Source of the DNA: an uncultured Spirochaetales bacterium
Lineage (GTDB): Bacteria; Myxococcota_A; UBA9160; JAFDDA01
DNA: 37,172 nucleotides
Assembly: GCA_964474935.1 (NCBI GenBank)
Contig: CAYYUT010000001.1
Location: forward strand, 1 to 37,172
Direction of reading: 5' to 3'
Made by a program: the position numbers and the translations under genes. Of this stretch, positions 8,811-15,774 are shown piece after piece (position 1 is the first letter of the stretch; each line of letters opens with the position of its first letter). A model generated the notes under the pieces. That model had not been told where the DNA came from. It searched no databases and worked only from the letters and a program-made list of their open reading frames with translations.

Positions 8811-9723
8811 GGCTCTCTCCGAAGCGGCCCCACTGCGTTCCGACCGCGAGCTGGGCCGGCACACGATTGGGCTTCCAGCTCGCATCGAGAAGGTCGCCAT
8901 CCGTGAAGTGCTCGAGCATGTGTCCCCACGGATCGAGCCAGTAGTCGTAGATCTGGCTGCCGAGGACATGGCGGCCAACGCCCGTGGCATGCTCGTAGCC
9001 GGCATCGCGGAGGTGGTCGTGGCCGAGCATCACGGCGTCGAAGTCCTCGACCTCGAAGGCAGCATGGTCGAAGCCCGCGTCGCCGAGCCCGATGCAGAGG
9101 AAGCTGTGATGGTCGACGGGCACGTCCCCGCGGTCGCAGCGCAGGAAGGCCGTCACCAGATTCTCGGGATCGCCCACGAACACCTCGTCGCTCGCGAGGA
9201 AGCCGAAGCGAGCCCGGTACCATTCGGCGCTCCGCCGGAAGTCGGAGACGCGCACCACGCAATGGCCCAGCCGCTTCACGCGCGACGGCCCCTTCTCGAG
9301 CCGCTGGAGCGAGGTGAGGCGCGCCCGTTGCGAGCCGCGGTTCAGGGGCGGGGCGCGCTGGGTGGGGAGCTCGGGTGCGGGCGTCCGCTCCGCCACCACT
9401 TCGACGGGGAACCCGTCCGGGTCGACGAGGCGCACGCGCCGGCCGCCGCCCGGTCCGTCGAGCGCCTCGATCGGGGATGCGCCGTCGCAGGCGGCGATGC
9501 GCTCGAGGTCTTCGCCCGAAGCCGCCCGGAAGCCGACGCCCGCGAATCCCGGGTCGCCCAGCTCCACCTGGTGGATCCAGGGCTCGGGAGCCGAGCCCCG
9601 CGTGTAGATCCGGCTGCCATCCTGCTCGGCGACCACCAGCCCGAAATCGTCGAGGAAGCGGGCGGCCTGCTCGAGGTCGGGCACCCGGAAGCGGACGAAG
9701 GCGATGTCCTGGACCTTGATCAT
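8800..9723 (-). CDS. Two-domain VOC-superfamily extradiol ring-cleavage dioxygenase-like protein
   Basis: ATG at 9723 preceded by GAGGAGGAG. Two glyoxalase/VOC-like modules are visible (IAFVRFRVPDLEQAARFLDDFGL and LGHCVVRVSDFRRSAEWYRARFGF), with a His-rich metal-site region (HHSFLCIG ... FDHAAFEV). About 307 aa, as for type I extradiol dioxygenases. Confidence 0.7.
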   Translation of the reverse strand: MIKVQDIAFVRFRVPDLEQAARFLDDFGLVVAEQDGSRIYTRGSAPEPWIHQVELGDPGFAGVGFRAASGEDLERIAACDGASPIEALDGPGGGRRVRLVDPDGFPVEVVAERTPAPELPTQRAPPLNRGSQRARLTSLQRLEKGPSRVKRLGHCVVRVSDFRRSAEWYRARFGFLASDEVFVGDPENLVTAFLRCDRGDVPVDHHSFLCIGLGDAGFDHAAFEVEDFDAVMLGHDHLRDAGYEHATGVGRHVLGSQIYDYWLDPWGHMLEHFTDGDLLDASWKPNRVPAQLAVGTQWGRFGESRAG

Positions 9724-9754
9724 GGGCTCCTCCTCGCGCGGCGCGCGGCCGCAC

Positions 9755-10630
9755 TCAGTCGATCTGCGTGGTCTCGTCGGGCTCGGGAACGACCTCGTTC
9801 TCGATCGTACCGATGCGGTCGATCGAGACCCGCACGACATCGCCGGCTTTCAGGAGCTTCGGAGGCTTGAATCCGATTCCGACACCGCTCGGTGTCCCCG
9901 TCGCGATCAGATCCCCCGGCTCGAGCGTGAAGGCCGTCGAGAGGTGTTCGATCAGGGTGAAGACATCGAAGATCAGGTTCTTCGTATTCGACGACTGGCG
10001 GAGCTCGCCGTTCACCCACGTCTCGAGCGCGAGCGCATGGGGATCGTCCACCTCGTCGGCGGTCGCGATCCAGGGTCCGAACGGGCAGTGGGTGTCGAAC
10101 GACTTGCCCATCGTCCAGGTCGGGGTGCGCAGCTGCCAGTCGCGGACGCTCACGTCGTTCACCACCGTGTAGCCCGCGATGACCTCGGCGGCGCGCTCCT
10201 TCGGCACGTGGCGACATCGCCGGCTCACCACGACGCCGAGCTCGCCTTCGTAGTCGAGGACGGCCGAGGCACGCGGCAGATGAAACGGGGCGTGCGGCCC
10301 GTGCGCCGAGGTCGACTGCTTGTTGAAGATCAGGGGCAGCGCGGGGGTCTCGAGGCCCGACTCGGCCACGTGATCGGCGTAGTTCAGGCCGACGGCGAGG
10401 ATCTTGGGCGGGCGCAGCACCGGGGCCTCGAGCGTCACCTCGGCCAGCCCGAAGCTCGGAGCCCGTTCGGCGGCACGCTCGGCGGCGGCGAGGTGTTCGG
10501 GGTCTCCAGCGAGGAGCGTCGACATCTCGCTCGGCAGCTCGGGGGCGCTCGCTCCGACGTCTGCGATGCGGTCGCCCGAGACCACGCCCACGCGGGTGCG
10601 GCCGGACTCGGTGAAGGTGGCGAGCTTCAT
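9755..10630 (-). CDS. Fumarylacetoacetate hydrolase (FAH) family hydrolase/isomerase/decarboxylase
   Basis: Typical FAH-fold motifs are present: KILAVGLNYADH, LDYEGELGVVV, VNDVSVRDWQ, GKSFDT, GDLIATGTPSGVG. The ATG at 10630 (MKLATF) is preceded by GGAGAA. It is the first gene of a three-gene minus-strand cluster. Confidence 0.85.
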   Translation of the reverse strand: MKLATFTESGRTRVGVVSGDRIADVGASAPELPSEMSTLLAGDPEHLAAAERAAERAPSFGLAEVTLEAPVLRPPKILAVGLNYADHVAESGLETPALPLIFNKQSTSAHGPHAPFHLPRASAVLDYEGELGVVVSRRCRHVPKERAAEVIAGYTVVNDVSVRDWQLRTPTWTMGKSFDTHCPFGPWIATADEVDDPHALALETWVNGELRQSSNTKNLIFDVFTLIEHLSTAFTLEPGDLIATGTPSGVGIGFKPPKLLKAGDVVRVSIDRIGTIENEVVPEPDETTQID

Positions 10631-10678
10631 GGGTTCTCCAGGTCGGCGCACGGCCAGCGCGGGGCGGCGCTCGGGTTT

Positions 10679-10692
10679 TGATCAATTGACCA
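10679..10692. promoter_or_regulatory. Operator-like imperfect inverted repeat TGATCAATTGACCA
   Basis: 14-bp dyad with one mismatched pair. It contains the perfect palindromes TTGATCAA (10678-10685) and CAATTG. It sits just downstream of the minus-strand -10 hexamer, at about the predicted transcription start, and within the spacer of the plus-strand candidate promoter. Confidence 0.4.
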
Positions 10693-10696
10693 AATC

Positions 10697-10724
10697 ATTA
10701 TACTGCGGACCGGAATCGGGGCAA
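10697..10724 (-). promoter_or_regulatory. Candidate sigma70-type promoter for the FAH/dioxygenase/monooxygenase operon
   Basis: On the minus strand, TTGCCC (10724-10719), a 16-nt spacer, then a perfect TATAAT (10702-10697). It lies about 65 nt upstream of the FAH start, inside the only AT-rich island of the window. A weaker plus-strand candidate, TTGATC or TTTTGA then TATACT (10699-10704), overlaps it. Confidence 0.45.
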
Positions 10725-10763
10725 CCCGTAAGCTCGGCCCCGATGGGCGCCGGATGCCACCAG

Positions 10764-10868
10764 GGCCACCCGCGACGGGGCCTCGCGCGACATGGCCTCG
10801 CGCGACGGGGCCACCCGCGACGGGGCCACCCGCGACAGGGCCTCGCGCGACATGGCTACGCGCGATGA
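10764..10868 (+). repeat. Seven head-to-tail 15-bp tandem repeats (consensus GGCC[A/T]C[C/G]CGCGAC[G/A][G/T])
   Basis: Read directly: ggccacccgcgacgg, ggcctcgcgcgacat, ggcctcgcgcgacgg, ggccacccgcgacgg, ggccacccgcgacag, ggcctcgcgcgacat, ggctacgcgcgatga. Three units contain the 8-bp palindrome TCGCGCGA. The last unit contains the symporter ATG at 10865. Confidence 0.9.
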
Positions 10869-12295
10869 ACCGACTGCTCCTCGCCGGGGTGCTCGTGGTC
10901 TACGTGCTCGCGTTGTTCGGTGTGGCGCTCTGGGCGCGACGCCGGATCCACGACACCCGCGACTACCTGGTCGCCGGCCGGCGGCTCGGCGTCCCGCTCG
11001 CCTCGGCCACGCTCTTCGCCACCTGGTTCGGCGCCGGGACGATGCTCGCCGCCTCGAACGAGGTGCGAACCGAGGGAGTCGCCGCGGCGGCCCTCGACCC
11101 GCTCGGGGCCGGCTGCTGTCTGTTGCTCGCCGGCGTCTTCTTCGCCCGACGCCTGTGGCAGCTCGAGCTCCTCACGGTGATCGATTTCTTCCGGCTCCGC
11201 TTCGGACCCCGCGCCGAGCTGGTCGGCGGTCTCCTGATGGTGCCGGGGTACCTGGGCTGGATCGCGGCCCAGTTCGTGGCGCTGGCCTCGATGCTCGAGC
11301 TCTTCTTCGGGATCGACCCGCGCCTTGGCATCGCGCTCGTCGCGACGGTCGGCACCGGATACACGCTCCTCGGCGGCATGTGGTCGGTGACGGCCACCGA
11401 CGCGATCCAGGCCACCCTGGTGGTCGCAGGGCTCGGCGCGCTCCTCGTGACGGCCCTCGCCAGCCTCGGCGGCGCGGGCGCCGCGGGCGGGCTCGCGCGG
11501 ATCGCGAACGATTCGCCGTCCGCCATGCTCGAGATCGTGCCCACCGGCGACCTCGCCGCCCTCGTCGCCTGGCTCAGTCTCTTCGCTGCCGGGGCTCTCG
11601 GGAACCTTCCCGGACAGGATCTGATGCAGCGGGTCTTCTCGGCCCGCAGCGCCCGCACCGCACAGCTCGCCTGCTTCGTCGGGGGCGGCGCCTACCTGCT
11701 CTTCGGGAGCATCCCGGTCGTGCTCGGTCTCGCCGGGAACCTGCTCGCGCCCGGACGCGACGGTCCGATCCTGCCCATCCTGGCCGAGCTCCTGCTGTCG
11801 CCGGCCCTGGCCGTGCTCTTCGTGCTGACGCTCTCGTCGGCGGTGCTCTCCACCATCGACAGCGCCATCCTGGCCCCGTCGAGTGTGCTCGCCCAGAACG
11901 TGCTCGCCCGCTTCTCGCGCTCGGGCGGCGCCACGCTGGCCCGCAACCAGTGGGCCGTGCTCGGGGTGGCCGCGACGAGCGTCGCGGTCGCCTATCTCGG
12001 CGAGGACGCCTACTCCTTGCTCGAGTCGACCTACGAGTTCGGCCTCGTCTCGCTCCTGGTGCCGCTCGCCACGGGCCTCTACTGGCGACGGGGTGGCGAA
12101 CGGGCGGCGCTGGCCGCGATGGGCGTCGGCACCTCGCTGTGGACCACGCATCGCGTATTCGGCTGGGAGTGGTTCGCAGCACCCTGGACGGCTCCGCTGA
12201 GTCTTCCCCTCCCGATGGGGCTCTGCTGCGCCCTGGCGGCCCTCGGGGCGTTCGTGGCGACTGCCTCGCGGGCCGACGGGCACGGCGCGCGGTGA
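10865..12295 (+). CDS. Sodium:solute symporter (SSS) family transporter
   Basis: 476 aa, polytopic. The N-terminal pattern is typical of the SSS family (LALFGVALWARRRIHDTRDYLVAGRRLGVPLASATLFATWFGAGT). I chose the ATG at 10865 because it immediately precedes the first TM helix. An in-frame ATG at 10754 would add a Pro/Gly-rich repeat extension, and neither start has a strong SD. Confidence 0.8.
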   Translation: MNRLLLAGVLVVYVLALFGVALWARRRIHDTRDYLVAGRRLGVPLASATLFATWFGAGTMLAASNEVRTEGVAAAALDPLGAGCCLLLAGVFFARRLWQLELLTVIDFFRLRFGPRAELVGGLLMVPGYLGWIAAQFVALASMLELFFGIDPRLGIALVATVGTGYTLLGGMWSVTATDAIQATLVVAGLGALLVTALASLGGAGAAGGLARIANDSPSAMLEIVPTGDLAALVAWLSLFAAGALGNLPGQDLMQRVFSARSARTAQLACFVGGGAYLLFGSIPVVLGLAGNLLAPGRDGPILPILAELLLSPALAVLFVLTLSSAVLSTIDSAILAPSSVLAQNVLARFSRSGGATLARNQWAVLGVAATSVAVAYLGEDAYSLLESTYEFGLVSLLVPLATGLYWRRGGERAALAAMGVGTSLWTTHRVFGWEWFAAPWTAPLSLPLPMGLCCALAALGAFVATASRADGHGAR

Positions 12296-13452
12296 CCCCC
12301 GCCCCGAACCGACGTGGGGCCGGACCGCTCCGCATCCTCTGGATCCTCTCGAAGCTCGACGAAGGCTGGGGTGGCGGTGTGGGGCGCGTGGTCGAGCCGG
12401 TGTGTCGCGAGCTCGCGCGCCGCGGACACGAGGTCCACGTGGCGGGCAACAGCCCGACGGGTCGCGTCGAGCCGGTGGAGGGCGTCGAGACCCACGCCTG
12501 GCCCCCCCGTCGGCGCAAGGAAGCCCAGATCGGTCCCGTGCTCCGCACCGTCCGCCGTCTCGCACCCGACCTGGTCCACTTCCACTCGGCCCTGCCGCAC
12601 GGGAGCGTGATCCTCCCGCTCCTGGTGCTGCGACGCTGGCTCGGGGCTCCCCGGGTCGTCGTGACGCCCCACACCGGCAACCGCGCCGACTACACCCGAC
12701 GCTTCTCGCGCGCGCCGCTGCGGCACGCCGACGGCGTGATCGCGCCATCGGTCTGGTCGGCGCGGCAGGCGATCGCGGCCGGGGCGCCCCCCGAACGGAC
12801 GCTGGCGATCGAGAACGGGGTGGAGGTCCCTGGCCGGGTGGAGTTCGAGGGACGCGCGCCGCTGGTCGTCGCGATCGGTCGTCTGGTCGAGAGCAAGGGC
12901 ATCGACGTGCTCGTTCGGGCCTTCGACCGGGTCGCCGGCGATCACCCCGGCTGGCGGCTCGAGCTGGTCGGGGGTGGACGCGAGCGCGGGGCCCTCGAGG
13001 CGCTCGTGCGACGCGCACGCCACACCGATGGCATCCGCCTGGCCGGCGAGCGCTGGGGCCCGGCGAAGCGCGAGCTGCTCGCCCGCGCGGCCATCGGCGT
13101 GGTGCCCTCGCGGGCCGACAACTGCCCGGGCAGTCTGCTCGAGTTCCACGCTTCTGGGGTGGCGAGCGTCGCGACGACGGTGGGTGGCATCCCCGAGCTC
13201 TGCGAGGGCGGGCGTATCGGGCGGCTCGTCGAGCCCGACGACCCCGAGGGCCTCGCGGGTGCCCTCGGGGCACTCATGGCCGGGCCGGCAGAGCGTGTCG
13301 CGCTGGCCCGGGCGGCCCACCAGGCGAGCGCGGCACGGGCCTGGCCCCAGGTCGCTGCGCGCTACGAGCAGGCGTATCGGAGCCTGATGGCGCGGCGGCC
13401 CCTGGCCAACGCGGGCGAGCCAGCGGCCGAACGGCCCGCGCCCAGGGGGTGA
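12292..13452 (+). CDS. Glycosyltransferase family 4 (GT-B fold)
   Basis: The N-terminal motif is RILWILSKLDEGWGGGVGRVV. The C-terminal half carries GRLVESKGIDVL and the EX7E-type region (PGSLLEFHASGVASVATTVGGIPEL). The GTG at 12292 overlaps the symporter stop (GTGA). There is no other in-frame ATG/GTG before the conserved N-terminus. Confidence 0.8.
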   Translation: MTPAPNRRGAGPLRILWILSKLDEGWGGGVGRVVEPVCRELARRGHEVHVAGNSPTGRVEPVEGVETHAWPPRRRKEAQIGPVLRTVRRLAPDLVHFHSALPHGSVILPLLVLRRWLGAPRVVVTPHTGNRADYTRRFSRAPLRHADGVIAPSVWSARQAIAAGAPPERTLAIENGVEVPGRVEFEGRAPLVVAIGRLVESKGIDVLVRAFDRVAGDHPGWRLELVGGGRERGALEALVRRARHTDGIRLAGERWGPAKRELLARAAIGVVPSRADNCPGSLLEFHASGVASVATTVGGIPELCEGGRIGRLVEPDDPEGLAGALGALMAGPAERVALARAAHQASAARAWPQVAARYEQAYRSLMARRPLANAGEPAAERPAPRG

Positions 13453-13756
13453 CCACGCCCGCCGAGAGGCCGGCCGCGCGGGCGAGGCGGCGCCGCATCG
13501 CCGCGCAGGGCCCGCGGGTCGATGCCAGCCGGTGGTTCACGAGAGGCCCTCCGGGGTCGACGCCGCGGCCGGGCTTCGGGGTGGTCCGGCCGAGTCGCGG
13601 CAGGCGCACCTGGGGGTGTGTCTTTTTCCCTTCGTCCGGTTCGCATGCCCCCAGCTTGCGCACACGAGCCGAAAAAACATGCCGCTACGCGTTGGCACCG
13701 TGCGCGAGGCGTGGAAGAATCCGACCCTGCTCTGCACCGGAGGAGGATTTTCGAGC

Positions 13757-14866
13757 ATGAGCCACCGCATTCTCGCCGTCGCCGCCGCGGGTCTTTCCGT
13801 GATGGCCCTGGCCTGCGCCGGCAAGCCGCTGCCCAGCAGGTCCCCGCTTTCCGTTTCACCGATTCAAATGCGTTCGGGAGAGTGGCGCGTCACCGACCAG
13901 GTGATGGTGGTCCTCGACGCCTCGGGCACGATGTACGAGAACGAGACGTTCCCCGAGGCGAAGCAGCTCGCGCAGAGCTTCGTTGCGGCGATGCCACGAT
14001 CCGACGTGCGCGCCAAGCGCGGTGGCTCGTACAACGCCGGCTTCATCGGCTTCGGAGGCAGCGAGCGTGCGACGGCACCGCTCGCCACCTTCAACCGGAG
14101 CACCCTCGCGAGTCGTTCGCAGGGAACCCAGATCATGGGATCGGTCGAGGGCCGCGGTGGGGAGACCCCCTACCGACGGGTGTTCGAGGAGATCGCCGCC
14201 GAGCTCCGAGGCAAGAGCGGCCAGGCCGCCGTGGTGATGTTCTCGGACGGTCTTCCCGACACGACCTACTTCTCGCGTGCCTCGGCGCGCAAGCTGGTCG
14301 ACAGCTACCCCGACCAGATCTGTTTCTACGGAGTCCAGACCGGCGACGATCCGGCGGGCAGGGCCTTCTTCGAGAGCCTGATCGCCCTCACCAACTGCGG
14401 CAACGTCCGCTCGGCCTCGTCGGTGGCGAGCGCCGGCTCGCTCCAGAACTTTGTTCGCGAGGTCTTCGTGGGCGAAGCGCCGCCGCCGCCGCCCAAGCCG
14501 CAGCTCTCGACGGCCGATCCCTGCGACGACGTGGTCCGACTGCGCGGTGTGAACTTCGCGTTCGACAAGTCCGAGATCACTCCTTCGAGCGCGGTGATCC
14601 TGGACGTGGCGGTCGACCGGCTGAAGCAGTGCACCGGCGTCCGGGTCCAGATCCAGGGCCACACCGACGCGATCGGCACCGATGCCTACAACCAGGGTCT
14701 CTCGGAGCGGCGCGCCGGGGCCGTCCAGGGCTACTTCGTGAACAAGGGCATCAGCTCGCGGCGTCTGACGACGCGTGGCTTCGGCGAATCGCAGCCGATT
14801 GCCACCAACTCGACCAGCGAGGGTCGTGCCCAGAACCGGCGAGTGGAGCTGGTGCCGAGCCGCTAG
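13757..14866 (+). CDS. Lipoprotein with vWA domain and C-terminal OmpA-like peptidoglycan-binding domain
   Basis: ATG at 13757 preceded by GGAGGAGGA. Lipobox at SVMALAC. The vWA MIDAS-like motif is VVLDASGTM, with SDGLPD. A PPPPPKP linker leads into an OmpA_C domain (FAFDKSEI ... IQGHTDAIGTDAYNQGLSERRAGAV ... GFGESQPIA ... RAQNRRVEL). Confidence 0.85.
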   Translation: MSHRILAVAAAGLSVMALACAGKPLPSRSPLSVSPIQMRSGEWRVTDQVMVVLDASGTMYENETFPEAKQLAQSFVAAMPRSDVRAKRGGSYNAGFIGFGGSERATAPLATFNRSTLASRSQGTQIMGSVEGRGGETPYRRVFEEIAAELRGKSGQAAVVMFSDGLPDTTYFSRASARKLVDSYPDQICFYGVQTGDDPAGRAFFESLIALTNCGNVRSASSVASAGSLQNFVREVFVGEAPPPPPKPQLSTADPCDDVVRLRGVNFAFDKSEITPSSAVILDVAVDRLKQCTGVRVQIQGHTDAIGTDAYNQGLSERRAGAVQGYFVNKGISSRRLTTRGFGESQPIATNSTSEGRAQNRRVELVPSR

Positions 14867-14895
14867 GGCGGCCCGCGACACACGCCGATCGGCCA

Positions 14896-14931
14896 TGATC
14901 GCCGGAGGGATCCACGGGTCCCTCCGGCGAT
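14896..14931. terminator. GC-rich hairpin between convergent genes (candidate bidirectional terminator)
   Basis: gatcgccggaggga (14896-14909) pairs perfectly with tccctccggcgatc (14918-14931) across a short loop. On the plus strand it is followed by tcgtttcgg, a weak T-tract. It lies between the OmpA-like stop (14866) and the Nudix stop (14987). Confidence 0.5.
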
Positions 14932-14986
14932 CTCGTTTCGGGTGTCGGGGAAGCGGAGCCGGTCGCCGCACCGCGGACGGAACGCG

Positions 14987-15658
14987 TCAGCGGTCGGTCG
15001 ACGCGTCCGACGGCAGAGGGAGATCTGGGGAGGGCGCCTGGCGGCTCGTCTCGACCTCGAGCTGCCAGTCGAGCATCTCGTCGCCCCGGAAGAGGCCCCA
15101 TCCCGAGAAGCGCTCCCCAGCCAGCATGCGGGGCAGCCAGAGCCGATCGTCGGCCCACATCTCGTCGAACGGGATCCGGGCGAGGGGGGTCCAGAGGGGC
15201 GCCGCTTCCGGGGTCTCCACGGGCTCGCCCCGAAATCCCGTCGCGTGAAAGACATGACACAGGATCGCGAGCCCGTCGGTGAACTGGAAGCGGAGCTCGC
15301 CGCGGTGACTCAGTCCGGTCGGCGTGACGCCGAGCTCCTCTTCGACCTCGCGCACGGCGCAGGCCTCGGGGCTCTCGCCGCGAGCGAGCTTGCCCCCCGG
15401 GCCGTTGATCTTGCCAGCCCCGAGCCCGCGCTTCTTGCGGATCAGCAGGATGCGGCCGGACGTCACCACGAAGCAGAGGGTCGCCCGCTCCGCCGGCTTC
15501 CAGCGTTGCCAGTCGACGTCGTCGAGACGGGCCAGCTCCACCGCCCGAGAGTAGCCCTGTCCGCCCCAAACGAACGCCTTTTCGGAGGCTTCCGGAGGCC
15601 GCCTGCGCAGGCTCCGCCGAGCCCCGCGGGTGCCGTTGGGGAAGTGGAAAAATCCCAT
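14987..15658 (-). CDS. Nudix hydrolase, MTH1/NUDT1-like (oxidised purine nucleoside triphosphatase-like)
   Basis: Nudix box GGKLARGESPEACAVREVEEELGV. The flanks resemble human MTH1: RKKRGLGAGKINGPGG before the box, and IPFDEMWADDRLWLPRMLAGERFSGWGLFRG..MLDWQLE after it. The start is uncertain: ATG at 15658, ORF-track ATG at 15706, or GTG at 15541 just before the first beta-strand. Confidence 0.75.
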   Translation of the reverse strand: MGFFHFPNGTRGARRSLRRRPPEASEKAFVWGGQGYSRAVELARLDDVDWQRWKPAERATLCFVVTSGRILLIRKKRGLGAGKINGPGGKLARGESPEACAVREVEEELGVTPTGLSHRGELRFQFTDGLAILCHVFHATGFRGEPVETPEAAPLWTPLARIPFDEMWADDRLWLPRMLAGERFSGWGLFRGDEMLDWQLEVETSRQAPSPDLPLPSDASTDR

Positions 15659-15774
15659 ATTTATCGGGTACTTGAGAATCCGTCGCCGGGCTCGATCGAG
15701 GCCCACTCGGAGGGTCGGGTCTGCTATCCTCCGCCGGGTCCGATCGGGTCCCGCCCGGCGAGCGCACGAGAGCG

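Noticed and set aside
6435-8906. 823-aa plus-strand ORF antisense to the monooxygenase, with related ORFs at 6817-8514 and 8573-9754
   Set aside because: The composition is antisense-type (Arg/Gly/Val/Glu/Asp-rich, no motifs). The minus-strand frames carry unambiguous FAD-monooxygenase and VOC motifs.
10764-10868. Possibility that the 15-bp repeat array is a CRISPR array or a mobile-element terminus
   Set aside because: The units are contiguous with no spacers and are only 15 bp long. No cas, transposase or integrase genes are present and no flanking inverted repeats occur. I report it as a tandem repeat.
10856-13273. 805-aa minus-strand ORF antisense to the symporter and GT4 genes, and the 886-aa plus-strand ORF at 10792-13452
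   Set aside because: The antisense ORF is an Arg/Pro-rich artefact. Only the last 386 codons (from GTG 12292) of the 886-aa plus-strand ORF look like a real protein (GT4). The upstream part is an alternative frame of the symporter gene.
13693-13707. TGGCAC motif upstream of the vWA-OmpA gene as a sigma-54 promoter
   Set aside because: The required GC of the -12 element (TTGC, 10 nt after the GG) is not present. The sequence reads TGGCACCGTGCGCGA, so it does not fit the -24/-12 consensus.
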